Notes: a model not told the origin generated them from the letters alone. 64,000 bases of DNA from an uncultured archaeon (GCA_964632315.1 CAZWEM010000006.1:32001-96000), one strand, 5' to 3'. Positions 1 to 10,740 are shown, counted from the stretch's first letter. Numbers and translations: made by a program.

Positions 1-1962
1 ATTATCAATTGTTTCTGATGCAGTATATCCAGCCAAAGCAGTAGCATTATCATGAACTGTCAATAAATCTCCATCATCAGAATAAAATGTAAATGGTTGG
101 AAAAGAGTTACATTGTAATCATAAGGTTTGTTAAATATAGAGTTTGCATCATCCCAGACATAAAATGGATCGTTATTAGGGAAATTTGACGCATAAGAAA
201 ATCCTAAAGTAGCCCAGAGGGGATGAGTCGAGTATGAATCAACAAGATAAGAAGTCATCAATAAATATCCACCAGCATCTACAAATTCTTTCACATTATC
301 GAACACCGATCCCACAAAAGCGTAATTCACAAGATCAATTACAAGTAATTCCCAGGATCCCGTATTTAGTGAATAATTCAGAAAATCGTCCGTAAATGTT
401 AAGTAAAATTCCATTTTCAGTGAGTTTAGAGCCTTGCATAGAGGAGATACATAATAATTAGCACTATAAACCTCATCAGTATATATCAACACATCAGCAT
501 CCCAAGATGTCAACCAATTCACTATATTAATAGCGAATTGCTTGTTATCCGTCGTTGCAATGTTTCCATTGTCACACCAATTCATATCACCAACCATAAT
601 TATTCGACCAGAACCTGCTTTTTGACCAGCAATAATTACATCAGCTCCATAGTTCCATATTGCGTAAGCGTCACCTGAAACATTTATGGCTCCCATTGCA
701 TTGATAGTGACAGTTGTACAACCTTCTATAGTGGGATGGTTTGTTGAAGTCAATGCATTGGTTCCTCCAAAACCAACTGTATCATTCAATTGCAGATCGA
801 AAGAATCTAAAAGCTCATTAATTCTATTATTGGTCACAATAAAACTCGACAATAGAGGACTATCTCCAAACACTAATACACTTCCCCCATTATTAATCCA
901 ATTTGTTATCGCAACTGAATCACTCGAAGTGTAACCACTATCAGGACTCACCAAGATAAGTAGATCATAAGGATTAAGCCGGGAAGCACTGAAATTGGCT
1001 ATGGAAGAGGGATATAATTTATCGAAAGTATATCCTCTACTAACTAATTCATCTCGAAAAGTATTGTAATAGCCGGGATATTGCGTTAAATCATCCCAAT
1101 CATCAACCCCTAATCTGGGATGGTGACTTAAATCATAAACAATTCTAGCTTTAGGTTGAGGACATAACCATTCTACAGCATTTATAATTATACTATCGGC
1201 ATCTAATTCATCAATTGTGAGAATATGTACCACTTTTCCTCCCCTCGTAGACGAATCATAACCTAATAGAGTTACTGCGTTTAAATCTCCAGGTTTGTTT
1301 GCTAATCGATACAAATCACTAGCAATACTTGTCCCCATTAATGCAGACCAATCAAATGTTGACCAAGAATAGGTGGATCCAAAATTAAATGTGTCACCAA
1401 CACTGTAACCCCTTGTGACAGGATGAAGAAGGCTGACATTAGCAGAAGACTGTCCTTGATTATTCCAGTATGTGTAGTATCCATCATCACTTTCTGATTC
1501 TGGAGGTAATATTCCAGACCAACATAAATAGGCAGCAACGCTGTCAAATGTTAAAAGTCCCCCACCAGAAAGCCAAAATTCTTTCACTTGATCAGTTATA
1601 TTTTCTTTAGGTAAGTTATCTACCATTATAAAAACGTCATAATTAACAGTTAGTAATTCATGATTATAGATTTCTTCTGTGGTAATATTAGTTACCTCAA
1701 ATCCAGCATCACTTAGAATAGTTTCAATAAGTGTAAAATTGTTGGTCAAAACTCCAACACTAGTATATGATGGTCTTGTAATGTTAGCATCTTCCTAAAT
1801 CGCTACTCTAATATCTGAAGGATTGTATTGTGCTGAGTTTAAACTGGATGATTCTATAGATGTATAAGCGTTCACGTTCATTGATATAGATAGTGTACTA
1901 GCGAAAAAGATAAAACTTAGGGTAAATGAAAAGATTAGTTTCTTAATTAGATTTCGTTGCAT
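1..1962 (-). CDS. Large secreted/surface protein with repeated GATase-like (DUF4350-like) alpha/beta domains; in-frame TAG at codon 56; runs off the window edge
   Basis: Hand translation from ATG 1962 gives signal-like MQRNLIKKLIFSFTLSFIFFASTLSI..., then DIRVAI*EDANITRP (TAG at 1797-1795). The frame read open thereafter towards position 1, with recurring YDVFIMVD/YDLLILVSPD, WLSGGGLL/WINNGGSVLVFGD and GRIIMVGD...NWL motifs. Not in the ORF track. Confidence 0.75.
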
Positions 1963-2065
1963 TTCTTTCACAATTTTTAGGTAAAATTAAGGATCATCTC
2001 TTGTAAAACCTATTTAATTTTATCGTGAAAAAAATGTCAAAAAGAAGCCTTAATCGACTACATTA

Positions 2066-2257
2066 TTAACTTTTAAGCTTTTCAAAGCATTCTTTACAGA
2101 AAAATATTAACCGTCCCTTGGAGGTGTCTTTAACCATGTATCCATCTACTTGTTTGGTTTCACAATTCCAGCACATTTTTGGAAAATGACCCCCAACTTG
2201 GTGAGATCCCTTTATATCAAACTGATCATCCTTTATTATCTCTTGGTAACTTTTCAA
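2066..2257 (-). CDS. Small zinc-finger protein
   Basis: CWNC...FFCKECF pair of CxxC motifs. Confidence 0.6.
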   Translation of the reverse strand: MKSYQEIIKDDQFDIKGSHQVGGHFPKMCWNCETKQVDGYMVKDTSKGRLIFFCKECFEKLKS

Positions 2258-2410
2258 TTTTCACCATCCCATATTAGTTTTTTGGATAATTATTCATTTA
2301 ATGTGTTACTTATGATTTTAGAATATTTAAGGATTGTGAATATTTATTCAAAATAAGGTTCTTAACCTCCTTATGGTGCTTCCACTTATAAAATTAAGTT
2401 TTTATAATGT

Positions 2411-2423
2411 AAAGGTTTATAAG
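2411..2423 (+). promoter_or_regulatory. Candidate BRE/TATA promoter for the downstream structured RNA
   Basis: AAAGG-TTTATAAG about 50 nt upstream of the GC-rich stem at 2472. Confidence 0.35.
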
Positions 2424-2471
2424 GCGTAATGAAAACATATATCATGTTCAAAAGATAAACAACTCAAAAAT

Positions 2472-2582
2472 GATTCCTGCCCTACCCTGGATTTTTGTCT
2501 TTTGGTAGTGCATGAAAAGTGCACTCTTATTAACTACTCCTATAATTTTATAGGTTCTTTATTGAACCACGGGGCGGGAATC
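2472..2582 (+). ncRNA. Candidate structured non-coding RNA
   Basis: 12-bp closing stem GATTCCTGCCCT/GGGGCGGGAATC with two G-U pairs on the + strand, enclosing several hairpins; lies in an AT-rich intergenic region. Confidence 0.5.
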
Positions 2583-2967
2583 TCCTATTAACCTAACTGT
2601 ATTTTTATAAAAATTAAATTAAACTTTACCTATTTAAGAACTGAACTCCGATGATCCAATAACAATTTCATTCATGGCGTAAAGAAGAAATAATTAATAA
2701 TTATTTAGAGATTTGTTACTGTGATTTTCTTAGGAATAAATTATTTAAACTAAAACTAAAATTAATAGGAAGAAGTTATAAGGAGTAAAGAAGGTTTAAG
2801 CAAGTTCTAGAAATTTACTTACACCATGAAATCGTAGAGAATGCTGAATTTACCCCATTTAAACTGCTTACTTGGATATTAAAAGATTACGATTAATTTA
2901 TAAGAGAGAATGAAATTGATCTTTTAATTTCCTTCAAATGTTTTAGTTATTATGTTTATTGGGCAAT

Positions 2968-3168
2968 TTAATTACTCAAAACTTTCATTATTTCTTCTAG
3001 CTCCTCATCAGATAATATTTCAGCGTCATCAAATTCATTAAGCCTTTTTTTATAGAACGTAAGTGTACATTGAGGGCAGTAAATATACTCATTTAGCTCC
3101 CAAACTTTAAAAGTTTTACAGCGAGGACAATGATAATGGATGATTTTATTGCACTTCTGATCTTTCAT
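2968..3168 (-). CDS. Small zinc-ribbon protein
   Basis: CPRC...CPQC, acidic C-terminus. Confidence 0.7.
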   Translation of the reverse strand: MKDQKCNKIIHYHCPRCKTFKVWELNEYIYCPQCTLTFYKKRLNEFDDAEILSDEELEEIMKVLSN

Positions 3169-3267
3169 TGGTCAAATCTAAAAAGCATATGGTTCTATTA
3201 ATAGAGGTGAGTTTTGAATTAATATTAGATTAAATTAAAAATTAGCCGAATTATATTGGATGAAATA

Positions 3268-3579
3268 TTAGATTAAAAGCCCATTTGGATTTACTTGGTG
3301 GATATAAGTATCGTGCAAAAGTTCAAAAAATTTAAAATAATTAAAAATCCTATACATTTTTGGCGATTTGGAATTAATTCGTTTTAAAACGCCTATTTCA
3401 TCCAAGGTATCCAAGTTTCTCCAATAAAAAGCAATTTTAGAATGATCTGTAGAATTGATTTCATAGAAATCTCTAATTCTCTTGATAGATATGATCGCGT
3501 TGTAATTATTCTTTGTAATACATGCGATAGCATGTATCGTTTCTTCCATGTATTTTCTATAAAAGTTCATAAATTGCAA
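3268..3579 (-). CDS. Hypothetical protein, possible winged helix; true start may be downstream
   Basis: LDTLDEIGVLKRI...PKMYRI wing-like ending. Confidence 0.5.
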   Translation of the reverse strand: MQFMNFYRKYMEETIHAIACITKNNYNAIISIKRIRDFYEINSTDHSKIAFYWRNLDTLDEIGVLKRINSKSPKMYRIFNYFKFFELLHDTYIHQVNPNGLLI

Positions 3580-3695
3580 TATGATTAAGACAAATGGTTT
3601 TTTAATTCTTTGGATTAGAATTTGATAACTAATGAAGAATTAATAAGACAAGATCACTTAACCTTTATAATTAATTATTTTTCCATGTTAATGTT

Positions 3696-3899
3696 ATGGC
3701 CAAAGAAGAGAAGAAAGAAAAGTCGAAAGCTGAAGAAATAGCTGAAATTATGATTGCTAACATGATAGCTAACATGAAGAATCCTAATTTTATTGAAGAA
3801 AGGGAGCAAATCTTGCAAGAAGCTGCTAAAAAGGCTAACGCTGAACTGCGAAATAGTGAAGATGAGACTGAAGTTTCTAAAGAAAACGAGAATTCATGA
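3696..3899 (+). CDS. Small charged helical hypothetical protein
   Basis: ORF with a TTTATAA box upstream; E/K-rich. Confidence 0.6.
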   Translation: MAKEEKKEKSKAEEIAEIMIANMIANMKNPNFIEEREQILQEAAKKANAELRNSEDETEVSKENENS

Positions 3900-3928
3900 T
3901 ATTTCTATTTTTTATCGGGTGAAGATAA

Positions 3929-4438
3929 ATGGATGATGACCTAAAGGAGTATTTGCAAAAGAATGAAATAAAGTATACTCTCCATAAACATCCCCCAGTA
4001 TTTACCGTTCCTGAAGCTATGATCCATTGTGGTTCAATTCCTGGAACTCATTGTAAAAATCTTTTCCTCAAGAATAAAAAGACGAGTCAATTTTATCTTG
4101 TTACTATACCCTATGACAAGAGATTGGATTTAAATCGATTTCGAAAGATAATTGGAGCTTCAAAAATACGATTTGGGGAGGAGGGGGATCTTTTAGGGAT
4201 TTTAGGAATAACTCCTGGATCAGTTTCGCCTATAGGTCTTGTGAATGACAAGGAAAACAAAACCGTTTTCATCATTGATGAACATATTTGGCAAGCAGAA
4301 GAAATATGTTGTCATCCAAATATTAATACCGAAACTCTTCAAATTCCTGGAAATGATTTTCGAAAACTAATGAACTCAACAGGGAATAAAATTGAAATAA
4401 GAAACCTTCCTTACTTAGAATCATCTAATGAGGAGTAA
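3929..4438 (+). CDS. YbaK/ProX-type aminoacyl-tRNA editing (deacylase) protein
   Basis: HPPVFTV, KNLFLK, LGITPGSVSP, HPNINT motifs. Confidence 0.9.
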   Translation: MDDDLKEYLQKNEIKYTLHKHPPVFTVPEAMIHCGSIPGTHCKNLFLKNKKTSQFYLVTIPYDKRLDLNRFRKIIGASKIRFGEEGDLLGILGITPGSVSPIGLVNDKENKTVFIIDEHIWQAEEICCHPNINTETLQIPGNDFRKLMNSTGNKIEIRNLPYLESSNEE

Positions 4439-4447
4439 TTAGTTTAC

Positions 4448-6106
4448 ATGAATTCCAAATTTGATTTTTTCAAAAAAGAAAGATATTTAAAGATATTCAG
4501 TAGTTTAGGAATAGGGTTTAATATTTATGCATTCATATTCATAATCTCATATTATTTCTCAACGGCTTTAAGGATCTCTTTTGATGGATTTTTTACATTT
4601 CTTTTTTTAACTAGTTGGATTTATAATATATTTATCACGTTCTTTATCGGGGTTAATTCTGATAGATATTACATTTGGAAATTAAGCGAGATTTATCTCA
4701 TTCTTACCATTTTCTCTCCTTTATTTATGCTCTTAGGTAATTTTCTCATTTCTACATCATATTTTACTCTTGAAATTTCATTGTTTTCCATTTTAAGTAA
4801 TTTTGGTTTGTTTTCACTCACAATTTGTGGATTACTAACAAATAACTTCTTAATGCTTTCAGTTTTTAGATTTAAAGAGTTAAAAGTAAGAAAAATTGAG
4901 TCTAAAAGGAGGTCTAAAAGAAGGAGTATCACATGTAAAGTCTTTTTAGTCATAGGATTCTTATATGCGATCTCATTGATTGGTGGTAGTTCAAATTACG
5001 CTGCCGCAATTTTGGCCGTAGCAAGTCAAGTTTCTTTAGGATTATTTTTTACTTTTACGTGTATTTTACTTCTATTGATTAAAACAAAACCAGGTAAAAT
5101 AAATATAATAATTTTTTCAGGAATCGGTATTTTCATAATCTCCACTTGTTTATTACCAGTGATGTCAATAAATCCATACCTCACTCGGGCAGAAACAGAA
5201 TTTAGCAATGCTTTTGGCTCCAATTGGGAGGAAAAAGTTGATGATATCAGAGCATTCTTATTAGAAAAACCTTATTCGTATTCTAAGTACTTTCTGGGAG
5301 AATTTCCCAGAAATTGTAAGATAATAAAAGATGTTTTGTATTATGATGGAGAAGGAATCAAATTATTCTTTGATGCATATTTACCTCCTTCAGATAATCT
5401 TCCTGGCAATAATTCAGTCTTGATTACTATTCATGGTGGAGGATGGAGTTCATCTGATAAGGGTTTTACTAATAAAATTCAAAACAATAAATATTTCGCC
5501 TCACTCGGGTATGTTGTCTTTGATATCCAGTATGGGTTAATTAATTCATTCTCGTTTGGATTGATCACTCCAGATCAAGTTAAAGGAAACTTTACGATTG
5601 ATGATATGGTAAGACAAATTGGAATTTTTACACGTTATTTAGAAAATCATTCTTTAGAATATCATGCAAATCTCGATTCAGTTTTTATGACTGGTGCTTC
5701 ATCGGGAGGACAACTCGCCTGTGCGGTTGCATTTGCATATAAACATCCTACATATCGTTCATTATTCAGCCAAGCAATCAAAATTAAAGGAATTATTCCT
5801 CTCTTTCCAGCGAATGGTATTGCTACCTCCGTTTTAAACATACCCGGATCAATAGATTTGGTTCAACCAGACCTTTTAATTAATGAATCAAGTCCTCCTT
5901 GTCTTGTATTTCACGGAAGTAGTGATGGTATCGTAAATCCCAGAATTTCTATTTCATTAAAAAGTAGTTATTTTCTTCACAATAATACAAAAATAGCTCG
6001 AATACTATTACCATTCGCGGGTCATGTTTTCGATTATTATTTTCCGGGAATTTACAATCAAGTATGTTTATATTACATAGAACGATTTCTTTATTTTTTC
6101 CAGTAA
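4448..6106 (+). CDS. Multi-TM membrane-anchored alpha/beta hydrolase (HSL-like esterase)
   Basis: About 7 N-terminal TM segments; IHGGGW, GASSGG nucleophile, HGSSDG, GHVFD. Confidence 0.85.
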   Translation: MNSKFDFFKKERYLKIFSSLGIGFNIYAFIFIISYYFSTALRISFDGFFTFLFLTSWIYNIFITFFIGVNSDRYYIWKLSEIYLILTIFSPLFMLLGNFLISTSYFTLEISLFSILSNFGLFSLTICGLLTNNFLMLSVFRFKELKVRKIESKRRSKRRSITCKVFLVIGFLYAISLIGGSSNYAAAILAVASQVSLGLFFTFTCILLLLIKTKPGKINIIIFSGIGIFIISTCLLPVMSINPYLTRAETEFSNAFGSNWEEKVDDIRAFLLEKPYSYSKYFLGEFPRNCKIIKDVLYYDGEGIKLFFDAYLPPSDNLPGNNSVLITIHGGGWSSSDKGFTNKIQNNKYFASLGYVVFDIQYGLINSFSFGLITPDQVKGNFTIDDMVRQIGIFTRYLENHSLEYHANLDSVFMTGASSGGQLACAVAFAYKHPTYRSLFSQAIKIKGIIPLFPANGIATSVLNIPGSIDLVQPDLLINESSPPCLVFHGSSDGIVNPRISISLKSSYFLHNNTKIARILLPFAGHVFDYYFPGIYNQVCLYYIERFLYFFQ

Positions 6107-6127
6107 TAGCATAAAAAGAGGATAATA

Positions 6128-7534
6128 ATGATAGAAAAGTTTGACCAACTTCACAATATTATTGTAAAGTTGATGCGAAGGTTTAAAGTGCCGGGTTTAG
6201 CTATAAGTATTTCTAAAGAGGGGAAAATTCTTTATGAAAAAGGATTTGGGGCACGTGATCTTGAAAAAAATCTCCCGATGACCCCAGATACATTGATTGG
6301 AATTGGTAGTGTCTCAAAATCATTTACTGCATTTTTAATACTGAAATTACAACAAGAGGGGCTTATTGATATAAATGATCCTGTAAGTAAATTCCTTGAA
6401 ATTGAGCCTTTTTTGAGTCATCCAAGCATTAAGGTAAGCAATCTATTATCACATAGTACCGGTATTCCTTCAGTAGACGGTCAATGGCTTCCTATTGCAA
6501 TTAGTTATGGAAACTATGACCATATCTATCCTATTTCATCCAAGGATGATTTTCTGTATCATATTTTCCAAACTAAAGGAGAAATTTTTTTTAAGCCAGG
6601 TGAAAAATTGTTCTACAATAATGACATGTACACTTTACTCGGAATGATCATTGAAAAATTATCCAAGAAAGATTTTGGAAAGGTTATAAAAGAAAAATTA
6701 TTTGAACCATTAGAAATGCACCGAGCTACTGTTACTCGAGAAGAATTAGAAAGTGACTCATTACAGGATTACATGAAGGGATATATTCATAAACCTCAAA
6801 AAGAAAACTCTCAAACTGTAAATAAATTTGATACTCCTCCCTTACCATTTTCCAAATATCTTCAAGCTCCAGGAGGGATTTATGCATCAATGCATGAAAT
6901 GATAAATTATGGTGATTGTCTTCTCAATAAAGGAAATTATCAGGGGGAAGAACTTTTAAATGAAGAACTTTTTGAAATGCTTTGGACTCCTCGAATTGAC
7001 TCTCCTTATGGTTTTGGGAGCAATCCGAAATATTGTTTAGGATGGGTGCGGGAAGATGATTTTTTTGATGAAACCCTCATATTCCATGGTGGTGGTCTAG
7101 GAGTAAGTACTTCATATTTTGGGTTGATTCCCAAACGGCAAATTGTAGTGAGTGTTGCTGAAAATGATGATTCAGGGATTTGTCGCTTGATTGCAGAAAA
7201 TGCAATGGAACTGTTATTAGGGAAAAATCCAGAGAAAGTGAATAAAGAGCTTAAATTACTGAAGATTAGTGAAGAAGTTAGCGGTAATTATAAATCCTCG
7301 CTTGGATTATACGAATTAAATGTTTCCTTTAAAAACTTTAATTTGTACATTAAGGTGGAATCCGATGATGGTACTTTCAATTTTCCCTTGATCGCAAAAG
7401 ATTTGGACAATTTAGAATTTACTTTATTCTCGACCATACTGAATGAAAAACAAACAATCAAATTCTATAAGGAAAAGAATACTGGACATGTTGAATTTGT
7501 AACGTATGATAGGTATTTATATCATAAACTCTAA
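6128..7534 (+). CDS. Serine hydrolase, beta-lactamase class C/penicillin-binding family
   Basis: GSVSKSF (SxxK), LLSHSTG, YNN, HGGG. Confidence 0.9.
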   Translation: MIEKFDQLHNIIVKLMRRFKVPGLAISISKEGKILYEKGFGARDLEKNLPMTPDTLIGIGSVSKSFTAFLILKLQQEGLIDINDPVSKFLEIEPFLSHPSIKVSNLLSHSTGIPSVDGQWLPIAISYGNYDHIYPISSKDDFLYHIFQTKGEIFFKPGEKLFYNNDMYTLLGMIIEKLSKKDFGKVIKEKLFEPLEMHRATVTREELESDSLQDYMKGYIHKPQKENSQTVNKFDTPPLPFSKYLQAPGGIYASMHEMINYGDCLLNKGNYQGEELLNEELFEMLWTPRIDSPYGFGSNPKYCLGWVREDDFFDETLIFHGGGLGVSTSYFGLIPKRQIVVSVAENDDSGICRLIAENAMELLLGKNPEKVNKELKLLKISEEVSGNYKSSLGLYELNVSFKNFNLYIKVESDDGTFNFPLIAKDLDNLEFTLFSTILNEKQTIKFYKEKNTGHVEFVTYDRYLYHKL

Positions 7535-7553
7535 TTAAGATTGAATGAATGAT

Positions 7554-8417
7554 TTAGACTTTGGGAAAGAGGGGAGATAATTTCTCTTCACTTAGTGATG
7601 ATTTTATTTTTTCTAATTCAAGATCATTAAGTTTAACAAATTTATTTCCTGCATCAATTACTTTCAACCATAACTTAACATCACATGGTAAAGAGTATGT
7701 ACATACCCCATCTTGTGATAAAGTAAACAATACTGCTTGATCTATTAAAGCTTGTTCTGTCATCGGTTCATACCATGTATTGTAAAAAGGATCTGCTTTC
7801 CATCTTCCTTTTGAAATAGCCTTTATCGCGGTTACTCCAATATTTTTTTCTCTTGCTATCGTAAGAACAGGACGAAAATCATTTACTGGATGAAAATCTG
7901 CAGCAGAACCTAAATACACCGGGAGAAGAACTGTATCAAAAACATCTGAAACTTCTAACGCTCTTTTCAGGACTTGCATATCTTCATGTCCTGTGATACC
8001 AATATTTTTAATAATTCCTGACTCTTTTGCTTCTCTAAAAGCTTCCATTGCCCCACCTTTCCCTAAAATTTGATTCAATTCATCAAGGGTTGAAACTGAA
8101 TGAAATTGATAAAGATCAAAATTATCTGTTCCTAATCGTTCCAGAGATCTCTTAAGTTGTCTTTCTGCAGACTTTTTTGTTCGTTTAAGCGTCTTCTCAG
8201 CCAGAAAGAACTGATTTCTATAATTCTGTATCCACTTGCTTAATCTTGATTCTGCTTGACCATAAGTAGGGGCTACGTCAATCATATTTATTCCATTATC
8301 CATAGCAAGCTGGATTGCTTTATCAGCTTCTTCTTGCTCCACATATCCAACACCACACCCTCCTAACGTGAGTATTGAAACTTGCGCTCCTGTTTTACCA
8401 AAATTACGGTACTCCAT
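7554..8417 (-). CDS. Aldo/keto reductase
   Basis: MEYRNFGKTG, IDVAPTYG, SLERLGTDNFDLYQFH. Confidence 0.92.
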   Translation of the reverse strand: MEYRNFGKTGAQVSILTLGGCGVGYVEQEEADKAIQLAMDNGINMIDVAPTYGQAESRLSKWIQNYRNQFFLAEKTLKRTKKSAERQLKRSLERLGTDNFDLYQFHSVSTLDELNQILGKGGAMEAFREAKESGIIKNIGITGHEDMQVLKRALEVSDVFDTVLLPVYLGSAADFHPVNDFRPVLTIAREKNIGVTAIKAISKGRWKADPFYNTWYEPMTEQALIDQAVLFTLSQDGVCTYSLPCDVKLWLKVIDAGNKFVKLNDLELEKIKSSLSEEKLSPLFPKV

Positions 8418-8484
8418 TGATTCACCATTTAAAGAATAATTGATAAAAAAGAATTTTTCTCATTAGATCATCCGCATCTGGAAA

Positions 8485-8835
8485 TCAATTTTGTAGATCG
8501 AGTAGAACAGTATTAAGACTATCAGAAGTAGTATAAATTGCATTTGGATGTTCCTTTTTCGCTTTTTTAACATCCTTTGCCTTTCCATCAACAAATACAA
8601 TCGGGATAGTTTGGATAGATTCTTCTTTTTTTATAAGATGAGCAGCATTACGTCCTTTTGAAGGAGAAGTGCTTAAGTAGATAATTATAATATCTGGTTT
8701 AAGACTTTGAATGTTCACTTTTGCATAAATCTCATCATTATATTCATAACCTACATTCCAACCCTCTTTTAAAAAAGGTTCAATATTTTCATACAGCTCT
8801 TCTTCATTCCAATCAATAACAAAAAGATTTACCAT
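8485..8835 (-). CDS. Receiver (CheY)-like single-domain protein lacking the phospho-acceptor Asp
   Basis: LFVIDWNEE...KPDIIIIYL (Y where D is expected)...TIPIVFV; ATG at 8835 preferred over 8895. Confidence 0.7.
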   Translation of the reverse strand: MVNLFVIDWNEEELYENIEPFLKEGWNVGYEYNDEIYAKVNIQSLKPDIIIIYLSTSPSKGRNAAHLIKKEESIQTIPIVFVDGKAKDVKKAKKEHPNAIYTTSDSLNTVLLDLQN

Positions 8836-9045
8836 AATTTTTTTCTTTGAAAAATAAACCTCTAGAACTTTTTTAGTGAATAATCTAATTATCAATAAAA
8901 AGCCCTACTATATTAATAAAATTTTTGACGATGGAAATTAAGTATTTGTTGATTAAGAAGATCTAAAATTAAAAATAATTTAAAAGAATAAAAGTCTTAA
9001 TTAGAAATATAGCAGAGTTAAGAAGAAATCGAGTAAAACATTACC

Positions 9046-9891
9046 ATGATAATTTGGGTTTTAGACAGTGAATCCGGCATAAAACTTCTATATAAATCAT
9101 TTCTCAAAACAGATGCCGATGAAGATATTGTTTCTGGTTTTTTAACAGCATTTCATCATTTTTCAGTTGAAGAATTCCATCAGTCATTGGAATCCATTGA
9201 GATGGGGGGTTTGAGATGGACTTATACTTTGGAACCAAAATTTAGGCTTCTTTTTGTAGCTGCAGACAATAAAAATATTAAGACGGAAATAATCAAGGGA
9301 AAACTTAATGTTATAAAGAACTCTTTTATTAAACAATTTAAATCAGTTTGGGAGAAACGTGGTGAAACGTGGGACGGAGATCTTAATATATTTTCACCCT
9401 TTCTAACAACTCTAGAGGATTATTATCATCAATGGGAAGAAGTAGAAAGTGTAACTCAAGTTGCAGATTTTTTTGATATTTTAGGAATTTTTCAACAAAT
9501 TCTTATCTTATTGAGAAATATGGTTGAAAAGCGGATGTATAGTAAATCAAAAACGAAAATTCTAGATCGTATTGAAGAAGAATATAATAGAATAAGTGAG
9601 AAAGATGAGTTTAAAGAGCAAGATGAACTTAATAACATCACTTTTTCAAAGGACTCTTGGTTCAACTTAATTGATATAAATTTAATAAAGTGCGAAAAAG
9701 AAATAGTCATCAATTTTTTGAAGTCTATGGTTAAATCCGTAGTAAGAATTTTAATGGAAGTAAAGGGAAGAAATAATTGCTTAAAATATTTTAGTGAAGA
9801 AAAAGTGTATGGTTATCTCTATAATAACATGAAGTTACTTAAGGATTTAGCTCTTGACATGTACTTTTTAGAAACTTTTCTCATTTTATAG
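9046..9891 (+). CDS. Longin-like domain protein with helical C-terminal domain
   Basis: IWVLDSESGIKLLYK...DEDIVSGFLTAF...LESIEMGG...LLFVAAD, typical of Asgard longin/roadblock-fold proteins. Confidence 0.7.
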   Translation: MIIWVLDSESGIKLLYKSFLKTDADEDIVSGFLTAFHHFSVEEFHQSLESIEMGGLRWTYTLEPKFRLLFVAADNKNIKTEIIKGKLNVIKNSFIKQFKSVWEKRGETWDGDLNIFSPFLTTLEDYYHQWEEVESVTQVADFFDILGIFQQILILLRNMVEKRMYSKSKTKILDRIEEEYNRISEKDEFKEQDELNNITFSKDSWFNLIDINLIKCEKEIVINFLKSMVKSVVRILMEVKGRNNCLKYFSEEKVYGYLYNNMKLLKDLALDMYFLETFLIL

Positions 9892-10046
9892 ATTTAACTC
9901 TAAAATATAAATCAAGTTTGACTTATTTAATTAATTTTCTTTATAGAATACATAAAACCTCAATTATAATACATCTTTGGGGTACATATTCTTATAAGTG
10001 CTCTAATTCCTTTTTCATATAGATTTTCTATTTAATTTTAAGATAG

Positions 10047-10163
10047 GTGAGGTTTATCGATCCTAAACAGTTATTGTTAAACATCAGCGCTGTCTTAGTT
10101 GTTATTTTATCGATTTTTATTGTAGTGTATACAGTTTTTTGGATCTTAGGATCAATACTTTAA
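10047..10163 (+). CDS. Candidate 38-aa single-TM microprotein
   Basis: GTG start; (M)RFIDPKQLLLNISAVLVVILSIFIVVYTVFWILGSIL*; AGGTGAGG at the start. Confidence 0.45.
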   Translation: MRFIDPKQLLLNISAVLVVILSIFIVVYTVFWILGSIL

Positions 10164-10295
10164 CTCATATTTACTCAAAATGCTTTTCTGAGATTTAACT
10201 TCCTTTAACTTTTAATAGATCAATCCTGTTTAATCAAACTAAGAATAAGATTATTCAGTAGAAAAATTTATAAGCAATTATGAGAAAAGATTCTT

Positions 10296-10736
10296 ATGCC
10301 ATATTGTCCACAATGTGGAACTAAAATTGAAGTCCAATGGAATGCTTGCCCAAATTGCGGATATGACTTAAAAAAAGAATCTAAATTGATCAAAGCAAAC
10401 AGTCAAGGAGCAAATCAACCTCATTATGAAAATTTCAATTCTGATCAACGACAATCAAATTATCCTTCTATAAGAACGTATTCAGCAAGTCAAAGCAATA
10501 TATATGGAATTATTTCGTTGATATTTGGACTTTTAGGACTTTGTTGCATTTTAGGAAGTTTTAATTTTATTTTTGGGGTGGTTGCTATTATTTTTGGCGC
10601 AATCGGTATGAATAAAGATGATAAACCCCAAATGGCAAAAGTTGGTCTTGCGCTTGGAATCATCGTTCTAGTATGTGGAATATTTATCTTTGCAATGATG
10701 CTACCATTTATGTTCTACTTTTTATCTCCCTATTAA
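10296..10736 (+). CDS. Zinc-ribbon plus two-TM (DUF4190-like) protein
   Basis: YCPQCG...CPNCG; GIISLIFGLLG...AKVGLALGII. Confidence 0.8.
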   Translation: MPYCPQCGTKIEVQWNACPNCGYDLKKESKLIKANSQGANQPHYENFNSDQRQSNYPSIRTYSASQSNIYGIISLIFGLLGLCCILGSFNFIFGVVAIIFGAIGMNKDDKPQMAKVGLALGIIVLVCGIFIFAMMLPFMFYFLSPY

Positions 10737-10740
10737 GAAT

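Noticed and set aside
686-1547. Short ORFs 686-934 and 1338-1547
   Set aside because: Antisense or out-of-frame shadows of the long minus-strand gene 1-1962.
2360-2800. Weak inverted similarity (CTCCTTAT/ATAAGGAG) flanking the structured RNA, suggesting MITE ends
   Set aside because: Only about 8 bp exact in AT-rich DNA, and no target-site duplication was seen.
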